A program made the position numbers and the translations under genes. The notes below the pieces were generated by a model. That model worked only from the letters and a program-made list of their open reading frames with translations, did not search any database and had not been told where the DNA came from. Shown in pieces: positions 38,030 to 48,743 of a stretch of 64,000 nt of DNA. Origin of the DNA: Nitrospirota bacterium. GTDB lineage: Bacteria; Nitrospirota; Thermodesulfovibrionia; Thermodesulfovibrionales; Dissulfurispiraceae. Each line of letters opens with the position of its first letter. The first letter of the stretch is position 1. The stretch spans positions 928,001 to 992,000 of the forward strand of contig CAVPZX010000002.1 in NCBI GenBank assembly GCA_963710375.1, read 5' to 3'.

Positions 38030-38513
38030 CTAAGCCCCCTCTTCATCTACGCCATCTTTTTCCTGCTCCTCTATAAACCTGAATAGCTTTTCCATGGCAT
38101 CGATCTGCTGAAGCTTTTTATTCCTTCCCGATAGCCTTATGATGTCCTCTATAAAATCGGGCGACTCCGGCATTTCAGCATTATAGACGCCCCTCCTGGT
38201 CACTTTATATCCTTCTATTTCGGTCTTTAGGGCACTATCGGATGCTACAATCTTCCGAACAGCAATATAGCCGTTCTTCACATTAAGAAGCGAGATTGCG
38301 GAACGCAAATAGCTTATTGCTTCATTCCAGTCTCTCGAGTGAAAAATCTGCTTCGGCATGAATCAGGACCTCGTTCTCTTTGCTGACATCAATAGTACTT
38401 ATCGAGTTGTCTTTTGAAAGATTCCATAACCTGTCGCTGATATCCTGCCCGATCTTATTGCATGCGAATGGCAACTTGATATAATACGCTCTGATTTCCC
38501 TGAACAACTCCAT
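38030..38513 (-). CDS. Hypothetical protein (~160 aa), split into two ORFs by a one-base insertion at ~38331
   Basis: ORFs 38322-38513 and 38030-38359 fuse (…DFSLESWNEAISYLR…) if AGACT is read as AGCT. Confidence 0.55.
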
Positions 38514-38611
38514 GGCTAATTTTATATCAAGAGAAACAAAAAAGGCAAAAATCGTTAATAAATATTCACGTTGACTTTTTTCATAGGTAATAAATAGAAT
38601 TTATAAATATC

Positions 38612-38944
38612 ATGAAAAGAGATAAGTCGATATATGATCTGCAGGCGGAAATCTGTAAGATACTTGCCAGCCCCAAGAGGATAGAAATCATAACCGCACT
38701 GAAGGACGGCGAAAAGACTGTTAGTGAGATCATTGAAGTTCTCGGTATCCCCAAGGCAAACGCATCGCAGCACCTTGCTCTGATGAAGGTCAAGGGCATA
38801 TTGAATAGCAGGAGAGAAGGCGTTAATGTCTACTACAGCATTGCCAACCCTAAAGTGATTCAGGCATGCGGTCTGATGAGAGAGGTTCTTTCCGACATTA
38901 TGGTTGAAAGAGGTAAAATGGCCTCTCTGATGGCCCGATCATGA
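38612..38944 (+). CDS. ArsR/SmtB-family transcriptional regulator
   Basis: KILASPKRIEII, EKTVSEI, ASQHLALMK, RREGVNVYYSI. Confidence 0.9.
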   Translation: MKRDKSIYDLQAEICKILASPKRIEIITALKDGEKTVSEIIEVLGIPKANASQHLALMKVKGILNSRREGVNVYYSIANPKVIQACGLMREVLSDIMVERGKMASLMARS

Positions 38945-38983
38945 GTACTCCAACTCTCTCTTAGAGCTTATGACCTCTATCTT

Positions 38984-39295
38984 TCAGAAGCATCCCGCAA
39001 GCCTTCTAAAAAAAGTGGTTATGTTCTTGTCGTCCTTTGTTATGTATCTTACTTTGACGTCGTCGCCTAACCTGATACGCTTATCCTCGAATTTATCCAA
39101 TGTTTTTTTATCCTCAACAGTTACAGGAATGTCCTTGCCTTCATAAGTTGCTATAACTGCATTTCCTGTACTCAGGTCTATACTCTTAACCGTGCCGTTT
39201 ATGGCTTGCTCTTCAGCAAAAACCGGCCCTGCCATGACAGCGATAAGTAAAAGTGCTATTGATGACCATATCAAAGACTGTTGCGTTCTCATCAA
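38984..39295 (-). CDS. Small exported beta-rich protein ending in ...AGCF
   Basis: Signal peptide (…PVFA), GTVKSID…, RLGDDVKVRY, single Cys next to the C-terminus; RBS AAGGAG. Confidence 0.7.
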   Translation of the reverse strand: MMRTQQSLIWSSIALLLIAVMAGPVFAEEQAINGTVKSIDLSTGNAVIATYEGKDIPVTVEDKKTLDKFEDKRIRLGDDVKVRYITKDDKNITTFFRRLAGCF

Positions 39296-39331
39296 ACACT
39301 CCTTTTGGCGCTTAATTGACTTATAGCCAAT

Positions 39332-41138
39332 TCAGTGGATAAATTTTCCCTTTTCGTAATCCCCTTTTAACTTCTCGTATAAAACCCTGTTCTTAATTGC
39401 AGGCAGTGCGAAATTACCACCGAGATTCCATTTGTCACTGAACGGTCCGAGGCCTTTGGGCATAGGACCTCTGTCAGGCCCTTTAAAGTCAACAACCCTG
39501 AGTCCCTTTTCATCCGCAATTATTGTGTACTGCCCGTCCTCTACATCCTTATAAGACCCTGATCCAAAGCCTGTGGTCACCTTCTGTGAAGTTGAGGAAT
39601 GACAGACTCTCGCACGTCCTGGATCTGCCTGTGGCGTGGGCCACCCTGTCAACATTAAGCCAGACCATAGTATCGTGGTCATTGTCATCAAGGTTTTTTA
39701 CAAGACCGGTAATGGCGAAGGAATCATTAGATACATAGCCCCTGTTTATTTTTACATCCGGCCTGTTCCTGAACATGAGTCTCTTTGAAAATTTGACCTC
39801 TTCTGCCTTTACATTGCCTGACGTGTGGGGAACGACATGCACCGGTATCCAATTGCCCTGTCTGTTTTTCACAAGCACAGGCGGGATGGCATCTACATAG
39901 TAGTCCTGTATCCTGGTGAGCGGGTTCTCTTTCCCTCTATTTCCAGTTGCTGTCCAGAAATTGAGAGCATATCCCCCTATTAGCGCTGTATGGCATGAAG
40001 CGCAATCCACCTTCCTGTGAGGCCCCTTTTTGTATGCCGCGACTATTTTGCTATGGCATTTTGAGCAGTCAACATCCCGCCTGAGATCCCCGTGTATCCC
40101 TGTTTTCCTGTTCGGCTCGTGGCAATCAACGCATCCGATATTATTGCGCAAATGCACGTCTGTCATGCCTGCCAACATCTCTTTCCCTTTTGGAGTCGCC
40201 TGTGTAAAATCAGCCCTGAAATAGCCGTCGCCCCTTCTCCTCTCCATAGGGCCTGCATGACAGCTAAAAGAGCGCCCGCCGCCGTAACATGAAAGAGAGA
40301 CAGGTTTGCTTGAAAATGTATGCAACCCTTTGCCCGGTGTACCCGGCTCTTGCTTTTGCGGATTGAAGTGACAGTCAAGACAGCCGACGTGGCATTGGTT
40401 GCAGGTCCTCTGCAAATTGTGAGAGGCCTTCTCAGGCAGAGGCATAGTAGAATGGTCGTCAAATACTTTTATATTCTCATCCGTGAACTTGTCCTGATAG
40501 GGTTTTGAAAGAGGGCCTGTCCACAAGCCACAGCTCTGCGGTCCGCTAGGGCCTGTCCATGTCACGTATTGGCTCTGGGTATGTGCGCCTGTTGCGCCGC
40601 CCATAGCGCTTTTAAGGAAACTTTTAACTATATCTGCATGGCAGGTACCGCATGTCCGGTCTGCAAGCACCGGATTAAAAGCGAGCGTTGACGGGTTTTT
40701 ATCTTGCCATATAATAAGCCTGTAATCGTAATTGTCTTTGATTTCGCCTTTGGCTGTCAGGAGTTTGGGACTTAGTTGGGTCGCTCTGTTCTCCCCCCTT
40801 GGCTCAAGTATAGGCCAATCCTTCAGGTCCTCAGGGTTCATCTTGTTTCTTGCAGTTGCATTCCATTTCGCTCCCACCGCAATTAATGTCAGGAGCCCCT
40901 TATGGGCCTCCTCCTTAGTTACAGTCAGTGGATCACCCATGTGGCAACTGATGCAGGATGCCGGCATCCCCGATTGATCGCGAACGTCTTCAGATGTCAG
41001 GATGAACTGCGGGCAGCCCAAATCCTTCATCTTGCCGGCATTGCTGTGGCATTCGATACAACTGTCGTCAGCGTAGTCATTAACTCCAAATATTAAGAGT
41101 GCGAATATTATCAATAAAGACAATTTTGGGTTATTCAT
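39332..41138 (-). CDS. Multiheme c-type cytochrome (9 CxxCH plus one CX8CH); one-base insertion at ~39606, probably an artefact
   Basis: Signal peptide; CIECH, CISCH, CGTCH, CNQCH, CLDCH, CVDCH, CSKCH, CASCH; CESCH restored by joining ORFs 39549-41138 and 39332-39691. Confidence 0.85.
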
Positions 41139-41356
41139 ACCGCTGCCCTCCGTATAGCATGATTAATGGAACGTTAACGCAACGCCTCTCCAACCCATGT
41201 TTATTCTGAACAGATTAAATGTTTCGAAACTCATTAATTTTAATTATATCAAAATACTTGGGTGGAATAAACTTGCCTTGACACTAGTTAAGAATCTTCT
41301 TGACTTATTAGTTGCATATATTCTAAACTGCCGAAAAATCAGCAAGGGGGTGTGGC

Positions 41357-43000
41357 ATGAAACGAAAGATTTTAGGGGTGCTTCTTTCGCTTTCTCTTTT
41401 GCTCCCTCTCCCGGCATTCGCTGTTGATCAGGGCGACCTTATGCAAAAGATCGACGCGCTTTCAAAAGAGCTCGATCGCCTGAAACAGCAGATGACGGAG
41501 TTGCAGAGCAAAGAGACCGTGAAAGAGGAAAGGATCACAAATGTCGAAAAGAAGACCGAGGACGTAGAGAAGAAAACCGACGAACAGGCAGCAGCGTCTT
41601 CCTGGTTTACGATCGGTGGAGATTACAGGGCGAGACTGGATTCGCTTCACGGCAGTACAGCCTTGCTCCTGCCTCAAAACCATGTATTGTTCGGTGTCAA
41701 TCCCACTTCAACTAAAGTAGGCAACGACACTATCCTTACCAACAGATTCGGACTGAACCTGACCGCAAGGGCCACCGAAGATGTGCTGGTCCATGCAAGG
41801 CTCCTTATGTACAAAGTATGGGGGGAAGAGACCGCAGCACCAACTGGTGCGAACAACACTCCCGGCGGCGGTGCATTCTTCGCTGACAAGTTTTATGTCT
41901 TTGACGGCAATGTCGCGCACATACCTGAGGATAACACTCTGAGGGTTGACCAGGCATTCGCATCATGGAGCAACATATTAGGCCAGCCTTTATGGTTTTC
42001 CATCGGAAGGAGACCGTCCACAGGAGGCGTTCCGACTAATCTGCGTCAAAATACAGAGAAGATCGGCACTGCCGGAACACCCGGCTTGCTGATAGACTAC
42101 GCGTTTGATGGCGGAACTATTGGAGTTGCCCCTGATATCGATGCCCTTCCCGGTGCATATGCCAAGTTCTGCTTCGGTAAGGGCTTTGACAGCGGATTCA
42201 GTACCGGTAACAGCACTGATGACATGAAAGACGTTTGGATGATCGGGTTCCAGGTTGCGCCAGTTGACACAGATAATCTCCATATCGAATTGCAGTACAA
42301 CAGGGCATTGGATATATTCGCGTTCCCTGAAAACAGCAGTTTTAATTTTAACGGAACTATTCCGGCCGGGACTTTTGGACCGGGTTCTCCTGCCCTTCTG
42401 ACTCCTGTGAGTATTGCGAACCAAAATATTGGAGATATCGATCAGTTAGGCGCTGTAATCATGGGTAAAATCGACAAACTCGGTATCGGCGACCTAAACC
42501 TATTCCTTTCTCCTGCTGTTAGTGAAACACATCCAAACGGCAGATTCATAGATTTTGGCGGAGGGGCCCATTACGGGCTGATGTGGGATACTGTAACAGG
42601 CACACCGATGAAGTCTTACACGGGAGAAGCGATATATTTGGGTGGAAGGTATGATATTGCCAGTACAGGGACAAAGATCGGGCTTGAATATAACCATGGC
42701 TCGAAAAACTGGATTACCTTTACCCCGGCAAGTGACGACTTGTGGACCAGCAAGCTCGGTGCAAGAGGCAGTGTGTATGAAGCGTACGTTATTCAGGGAC
42801 TCAACAAGAAACCCATTGCAAGGAGAGGAAATGCCTTCTTCAGACTTGGGTATCAATATTACAGCTTTACCGATACTGGAAGCAACAACTGGGTGGGGGG
42901 CGCTCAAAGCATAAAAAGCCTGAATACCAATTCTGTACAGTTGTTTGCGCCTCTTAAGAACGCAAGTGATATTTACTTAACCTTCGACGTAGTATTCTAA
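41357..43000 (+). CDS. DUF3373-like outer-membrane beta-barrel protein
   Basis: Signal peptide, N-terminal coiled coil, GGDYRARLDS, TNRFGLNL, SIGRRPSTGG, GLEYNHGSKNWITFTP, terminal YLTFDVVF. Confidence 0.75.
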   Translation: MKRKILGVLLSLSLLLPLPAFAVDQGDLMQKIDALSKELDRLKQQMTELQSKETVKEERITNVEKKTEDVEKKTDEQAAASSWFTIGGDYRARLDSLHGSTALLLPQNHVLFGVNPTSTKVGNDTILTNRFGLNLTARATEDVLVHARLLMYKVWGEETAAPTGANNTPGGGAFFADKFYVFDGNVAHIPEDNTLRVDQAFASWSNILGQPLWFSIGRRPSTGGVPTNLRQNTEKIGTAGTPGLLIDYAFDGGTIGVAPDIDALPGAYAKFCFGKGFDSGFSTGNSTDDMKDVWMIGFQVAPVDTDNLHIELQYNRALDIFAFPENSSFNFNGTIPAGTFGPGSPALLTPVSIANQNIGDIDQLGAVIMGKIDKLGIGDLNLFLSPAVSETHPNGRFIDFGGGAHYGLMWDTVTGTPMKSYTGEAIYLGGRYDIASTGTKIGLEYNHGSKNWITFTPASDDLWTSKLGARGSVYEAYVIQGLNKKPIARRGNAFFRLGYQYYSFTDTGSNNWVGGAQSIKSLNTNSVQLFAPLKNASDIYLTFDVVF

Positions 43001-43007
43001 GCCGCAC

Positions 43008-43041
43008 GAAAGGGAAGGGGCTGAGAAGCCCCTTCCCTTTC
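43008..43041 (+). terminator. 15-bp stem hairpin after the DUF3373-like gene (terminator or mRNA-stabilising stem)
   Basis: GAAAGGGAAGGGGCT-GAGA-AGCCCCTTCCCTTTC. Confidence 0.6.
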
Positions 43042-43055
43042 CATGAGGAAAAACC

Positions 43056-43595
43056 ATGAGACTGTCTCGCTGTCCAGCTATCAAACAGATATGTATTGTA
43101 TTTTTTGTCATACTTTTTTTTGTGTTAGTCATCAATCTTATTGCCGGTTCCATATTTGCCGCGGTATCAGATCCAGCTGCTCCTGATTTCACGCTTCCTG
43201 ATGTCCACGGTAAAAAAGTGTCGCTTTCCGAATTCAAAGGGAATGTAGTTATACTGAATTTCTGGGCAACATGGTGCGGGCCCTGCAAGGCAGAGATGCC
43301 CTCGCTTAATAATCTCTATCTGGAATTTAAGAACAAAAGGCTTGTGGTACTGGCGATTTCAGTTGACCCAACTGAAAGACCCGTGCTCTCATTCATAGCA
43401 GACAAGAAACTGGCACTTCCTGTATTAATGGATAAGACCAAGGAGGTCTACTTCGACAGTTATGCTGTAATGGGTCTGCCGACAACATTCATCATAGACA
43501 AAAACGGCGTACTCATACAAAAGATTTTGGGCGAGCAAGATTGGGACTCTCCCCAAATGAAAGAAAAAATTCTTAACCTTTTGACAGGGAGGTAA
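43056..43595 (+). CDS. TlpA/ResA-family thiol-disulfide reductase
   Basis: APDFTL, LNFWATWCGPCKAEMPSL, GLPTTFIIDKNG; N-terminal membrane anchor. Confidence 0.9.
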   Translation: MRLSRCPAIKQICIVFFVILFFVLVINLIAGSIFAAVSDPAAPDFTLPDVHGKKVSLSEFKGNVVILNFWATWCGPCKAEMPSLNNLYLEFKNKRLVVLAISVDPTERPVLSFIADKKLALPVLMDKTKEVYFDSYAVMGLPTTFIIDKNGVLIQKILGEQDWDSPQMKEKILNLLTGR

Positions 43596-43598
43596 GGA

Positions 43599-43961
43599 GT
43601 GAAAAAAAGCATGGAAACAGGAGTTTTTCTCCTTATGTGCATCATGCTCGCAGCACTGTTTACATCGGGGTGCACTGATACGTTTGTCGTTACCAAAGAC
43701 GGCCAGAGTTATTTTTTCGGGAGCAACAGAGAGGGCTTTCAAAAAATGCTTTGCGATTCCGGCGATCTGAAAACCATCCTTGCAGATACACAATTGCCTT
43801 CAAATTTAAAAGAGAATCTCTACAAATTTAATTGCTCAGCTTCCGACCATTCACAAGAAAAGGTCAAAGAAATATATACATCGATGACGCCTGAACAAAG
43901 GCGGGACCTGCGCCTCACTTTTCAGAAGCACGGCTATGATATCAACTACATGGTGTGTTGA
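43599..43961 (+). CDS. Hypothetical lipoprotein
   Basis: Lipobox-like FTSGC; three further Cys including the C-terminal residue (YMVC). Confidence 0.65.
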   Translation: MKKSMETGVFLLMCIMLAALFTSGCTDTFVVTKDGQSYFFGSNREGFQKMLCDSGDLKTILADTQLPSNLKENLYKFNCSASDHSQEKVKEIYTSMTPEQRRDLRLTFQKHGYDINYMVC

Positions 43962-44078
43962 GGCGATAAAATGCCTGTATCCGGTCGGATACAATAATTA
44001 ATGCTTCAGCCTCACATTACTTTTTTTCCTGCACTTGTTTTATAATAATCGAGTTTATACCGGCAAAGGAAACAACAT

Positions 44079-44921
44079 ATGAAAACACTAATGCAATCCC
44101 AAAATGTCCGGGCGCTGACAGATCAGGCGCGAATTGTCAGAATTGAAATCCTAAAGATGCTCACTGCTTCAGGGTCCGGTCATACAGGCGGTTCTCTCTC
44201 CGCAGCTGATATCGTGACAGCGCTCTACTTTTACAAAATGAAGCACCGACCAAAAGATCCCTCATGGCAGGGAAGGGACCGCTTCATTCTCTCAAAAGGC
44301 CATGCCGCCCCTCTTCTTTATGCCGTTTTAGCTTTGTCAGGTTATTTTGATAAATCAATCCTTGGCAATCTCAGGCAAATCGGCTGTCCGCTGCAGGGGC
44401 ACCCCTCGTCTAAACTTATTGAAGGAGTAGAGGTCTCTACAGGCTCTCTTGGACAAGGTCTCTCTATTGCAAACGGAATTGCTTTAGGGCTGCAGCTTGA
44501 TAAGAGTTCTTCCAGGGTTTATTGCCTTTTGGGCGACGGTGAGACCCAGGAAGGGCAGGTATGGGAGGCTGCCATGTCGGCAGGCCATTATATGCTCGAT
44601 AACCTTTGCGCCATAGTCGATGTCAACGGGCTTCAAATAGACGGCAAATGCGCAGATGTTATGAAGGTAGAGCCTATTGCAAAAAAATGGGAGTCCTTCA
44701 ACTGGCACGTGTTCGAAATAAACGGGCACGATATGGAAGAGATAGTAAAGGCGCTTAATGAGGCAGAAAAGATCAAGGGCAAGCCTTCGGTGATACTTGC
44801 CAGGACGGTTAAAAGCAAAGGCGTATCATTCTTCGAGGGCAAAGCAGAATACCACGGCGTAACACCGACGAAAGAGGAGCTTGAAAAGGCCCTCCTGGAG
44901 CTTGGTGAATATGGGAAGTAA
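44079..44921 (+). CDS. Transketolase, N-terminal (TPP-binding) subunit
   Basis: SGHTGGSLS, RDRFILSKGH, TGSLGQG, GDGETQEGQVWEA. Confidence 0.9.
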   Translation: MKTLMQSQNVRALTDQARIVRIEILKMLTASGSGHTGGSLSAADIVTALYFYKMKHRPKDPSWQGRDRFILSKGHAAPLLYAVLALSGYFDKSILGNLRQIGCPLQGHPSSKLIEGVEVSTGSLGQGLSIANGIALGLQLDKSSSRVYCLLGDGETQEGQVWEAAMSAGHYMLDNLCAIVDVNGLQIDGKCADVMKVEPIAKKWESFNWHVFEINGHDMEEIVKALNEAEKIKGKPSVILARTVKSKGVSFFEGKAEYHGVTPTKEELEKALLELGEYGK

Positions 44922-45907
44922 AGACAAAGTAACAGAAAACAAAGCACAGGGCAGCGACTTTTGCGGCCAATCGGTTGCCACCCGCGATGCGTATGGGTCA
45001 GCGCTGCTTGAATTGGGACGGCGCAATGAAAAGGTTGTCGTGCTTGACGCTGACCTGTCCGGTTCTACAAAAACAGCTAAATTTGCAAAGGCCTTTCCCA
45101 ACAGATTTTTTAATATGGGCATTGCGGAACAAGACATGATCGGTACAGCAGGCGGATTGTCGCTGACAGGTAAAATCCCTTTCGCCTCTACCTTTGCCGT
45201 GTTCGAAACAGGCCGCGCATGGGAGCAAATACGGCAGACCCTCTGCTATTCCGGGCTCAACGTAAAATTGGTTGCTACGCATGCCGGGATCACGGTCGGC
45301 GAGGATGGCGCATCACACCAGGCGCTTGAGGACATTGCCCTGATGAGGGTCATTCCCAATATGACTGTTATAGTGCCTTCCGACGGCTTCGAAACGACAC
45401 AAGTCATTGATGCGATTGCCGATTATAAACATCCCGTTTATGTTCGCCTTGGGAGGTCCAAGGTCCCGCCGGTCATGCCTGCAGATTACCGATTCGCTAT
45501 CGGCAAGGCGTTTACATTCAATATCGGCAGGGACGTCACGATCATTTCAACAGGCATAATGGTGTCAAAAGCACTCCAGGCCAAAGAACTCCTCCAAAAA
45601 AAGGGGCTGGATGCCGGTGTTATCAATATGTTCGACCATAAAGCCGCTCGATACGGATGCCGTATTGGAAGCTGCGAAATTCTCTAAATTGATCGTTACA
45701 GCCGAAGAGCATTCTGTTATAGGAGGCTTGGGCGGCGCGGTCTCCGAGTTCCTGTCAGAACACTACCCGACCCATGTGCTGAGAATAGGCACGCGTGATA
45801 CATTCGGATGCTCCGGCCCACCTGATGAACTGATAAAACTTTTCGGGCTGACCCCGGAGGATATTGTTAATGCTATAGATGGCTTTTTCCGGAAAGTACC
45901 GAGTTGA
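44911..45907 (+). CDS. Transketolase, C-terminal subunit; one-base insertion at ~45631
   Basis: ATRDAYG, NMGIAEQ, GEDGASHQ; the conserved VINMSTIKPLD is restored by removing one T from ATGTTCGACC; then EEHSVIGGLG. Confidence 0.85.
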
Positions 45908-46569
45908 TGATCGCTTTTGAAAATGTTTCAAAATTCTACGAGCACAACCCCGTCTTAAAAAACATCTCGTTCTATATCGAAAAAGGTGAAATGGCGTTTA
46001 TCACCGGCCCCAGCGGCGCCGGGAAATCGACGCTCCTTAAGCTAATGTATATGGAGGAGCTGCCTGACGAGGGTGAGATTACAATAGACGACGTCCGTCT
46101 CTCCTCTTTAAACATGCAGCAAATCCCTTTGTTGAGACGCAATATCGGCGTAATATTTCAGGATTTTAAACTCATCAATAATCTGACGGTTTTCGATAAC
46201 GTGGCTCTCGCTTTACATATAAGGGAGATTTCTGAAAGAGAGGTCCGCTCGCTTACTTCCGACGCTCTCAAAAAGGTCAGCCTTCGCCATGTGGCCGGCA
46301 GTTATCCCAAAAGTCTTTCGGGCGGGGAGCAGCAGAGAGTTGCCATAGCGCGGGCTATAGTGGGAGGACCCGAAGTCCTTCTGGCAGACGAGCCCACAGG
46401 CAATCTCGACCCCAACACATCGCTCGATATTATTATGATATTCCGCGAACTGAATGACCAGGGGACAACAATTCTTATCGCGACACACAACAGGGAATTG
46501 CTCAGGAATACCGGCAAAAGGATATTAAAACTCGACGGCGGGTCGTTTGCCAGGGAGGAAATCGGGTAA
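45907..46569 (+). CDS. ftsE: Cell division ATP-binding protein FtsE
   Basis: [46 protein letters not shown]; upstream of ftsX. Confidence 0.9.
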   Translation: MIAFENVSKFYEHNPVLKNISFYIEKGEMAFITGPSGAGKSTLLKLMYMEELPDEGEITIDDVRLSSLNMQQIPLLRRNIGVIFQDFKLINNLTVFDNVALALHIREISEREVRSLTSDALKKVSLRHVAGSYPKSLSGGEQQRVAIARAIVGGPEVLLADEPTGNLDPNTSLDIIMIFRELNDQGTTILIATHNRELLRNTGKRILKLDGGSFAREEIG

Positions 46570-47444
46570 TGGTGTCATCATACTCATTTAAATCTGCATT
46601 GAAGAGCCTCGCAAAAGAAAAATGGATTAATATCCTTTCAATCCTCACAGTAGGTTCCAGTTTACTGATCATAACACTCGCGGTTTTTTTCCTTTACAAC
46701 CTCGGGCTTATCGCAAACCACCTTCCCGAACGGTTTTCGATGATGGCCTATCTTAAAGACTCGCTTTCGCAGAAAGAGACCCAGGCAATAATGGATTCGC
46801 TCAAAAAAAGACCTGAAGTCGCTAAAGTCACTTATATATCAAAGGAAAATGCCCTGCTTGAACTAAAACAGACATTAAGGGATTCCTCACATCTCCTCGA
46901 AGGACTTGATGAAAATCCCCTTACTCCTTCAATAGAACTAAAATTGAGAAAAGAATTTGTCACACCGTCAACAACCTCCAGAATCTCGGAGGAGCTTGTG
47001 AAAATACCCGGCATCGATACAATTTATTACGGAGAGAGAATAGCTGAAGCCATACACCTCTTGAAGCAGTCGGTCCAGAATATCAGCATTATTATTTTTT
47101 TAACTATTTCTCTCGGCGTTGTTTTTGTCACTTACAGCACAGTAAAAATCCTTTTCTACAGAAAGAAGGAAGAAATAGAGATATTAAAACTCCTGGGTGC
47201 GACCAGCGGCTTCATCAGGACGCCCTTTCTTATTGAAGGAGGCATAATAGGACTGCTCGGCGGAATTCTCGGCATAATCGGGGCCTCTGTCTTTTATTTT
47301 GCCGTAACCTACCGTTTGAGCATGGTCATCCCCATGTTAAAAACCCTGCTTTTCCCTGTCGGCATACTGATTGCCCTTCCCTTCATCGGTATTATACTGG
47401 GGGTAATCGGTTCAGCCATTGCCATTGGGCGAATAAGGCTCTAA
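46569..47444 (+). CDS. ftsX: Cell division permease FtsX
   Basis: [39 protein letters not shown]. Confidence 0.9.
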   Translation: MVSSYSFKSALKSLAKEKWINILSILTVGSSLLIITLAVFFLYNLGLIANHLPERFSMMAYLKDSLSQKETQAIMDSLKKRPEVAKVTYISKENALLELKQTLRDSSHLLEGLDENPLTPSIELKLRKEFVTPSTTSRISEELVKIPGIDTIYYGERIAEAIHLLKQSVQNISIIIFLTISLGVVFVTYSTVKILFYRKKEEIEILKLLGATSGFIRTPFLIEGGIIGLLGGILGIIGASVFYFAVTYRLSMVIPMLKTLLFPVGILIALPFIGIILGVIGSAIAIGRIRL

Positions 47445-47447
47445 TTA

Positions 47448-48710
47448 ATGCACAGTACGCGTCGTAAAATGCACCATGCACTTTCGCGCGGCTTAAGAGT
47501 TTTTATGCAGCTCACTCTCTTTCTTTTGGTGTTTACCGTGCAACTTCCCTGCAACCGGTCATTTCTTGATGCCACTGTTGCCCGCGCAGAACGCCCTCAG
47601 GAAGAATACCGGCGAATTCAAAAAGATATCAAGACACACAAGCGACGGCTTGAGTCAGTTAAAAAAAAGGAGCAGTCAGTCCTTGAAGAACTGCGGAAAA
47701 CGACTTCCGAGCTGAATGAGATTGAATTACAACTGACAGCACAACGGAACAAGATAAAACGGCTGAACAGCAATATACTGACGCTTCAGGAAGAGATTAA
47801 AAGCAACAGCTCGGTTATGCAGCAGCACAAAGCCCACCTGAAAAAGAGACTTAGAACTCTATTTATGTTCACGGTAAACAATGACGCCCTTCTGGCCTTG
47901 CTAAGCGGAGAAGATATCGCGCAAACATTGAGGATCGAGAAAGATCTTAAGGATATTTCTGACTATGATTATGGGCTCATAAAACAATACAAGACAGAGC
48001 TCAAGTCCATGTCTGAAAAGGAGGCCGGGTTAAAAAAACTTTTCGTTGACCTAAAAATAGAGGAAAACAAACTTTCAAGGCTGGAGGCTGATTTAAAAGA
48101 TAAAAAAAAGGAGCGGGAAGCGCTTCTCGTTAATGTCAGAAAAGAGAAGGGCATCTTCGAAAATATGATAAGTGATCTGAAAGAGACCTCAAGAAGATTG
48201 CTTACTATTATCCGGGAGACTGAAAGACAGGAGCGCGAGGCAAAAAAGAGGCGAAGCTATAAAACAGGGCCCGGGACAAGAGAGGAAGAGATCCAGGAGG
48301 AGAGCGGATTCAGCAATCTGAAAGGAAAGCTCCCCTGGCCTGTGGTCGGCAGGGTCGCAATACAGTACGGGACACAGGTAGACCCCATATTTAACCTTCC
48401 GGTTTTCAGGAGCGGCATCCATATTAAAACAGAAAACGGTGCTCCGGTAAAAGCGGTATATGGAGGCAAAGTCGTTTTTGCCGACAATTTCAAGGGTTAC
48501 GGAGACCTTGTTATAATAAGCCACGGCAGCGGATATCATTCGCTTTACGGCAATCTGGAAAAGATTTTTTCAAAGAATGGCGCTATAATAAGGGAACAGC
48601 AGACAATAGGAGAGGTCGGGGAATCGAGCACGCTCGGAACGAGCGGGTTGTATTTTGAATTACGTTATAAGGGTAAGCCCCTTGACCCTCAGCAATGGTT
48701 GCGGAGATAG
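47448..48710 (+). CDS. envC: Murein hydrolase activator EnvC (coiled coil plus M23 domain)
   Basis: Long coiled coil, KGKLPWPV, GYGDLVIISHG, LYFELR; follows ftsEX. Confidence 0.85.
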   Translation: MHSTRRKMHHALSRGLRVFMQLTLFLLVFTVQLPCNRSFLDATVARAERPQEEYRRIQKDIKTHKRRLESVKKKEQSVLEELRKTTSELNEIELQLTAQRNKIKRLNSNILTLQEEIKSNSSVMQQHKAHLKKRLRTLFMFTVNNDALLALLSGEDIAQTLRIEKDLKDISDYDYGLIKQYKTELKSMSEKEAGLKKLFVDLKIEENKLSRLEADLKDKKKEREALLVNVRKEKGIFENMISDLKETSRRLLTIIRETERQEREAKKRRSYKTGPGTREEEIQEESGFSNLKGKLPWPVVGRVAIQYGTQVDPIFNLPVFRSGIHIKTENGAPVKAVYGGKVVFADNFKGYGDLVIISHGSGYHSLYGNLEKIFSKNGAIIREQQTIGEVGESSTLGTSGLYFELRYKGKPLDPQQWLRR

Positions 48711-48743
48711 ATCATAGCTGTCATATATATAAATGATGGAGGA

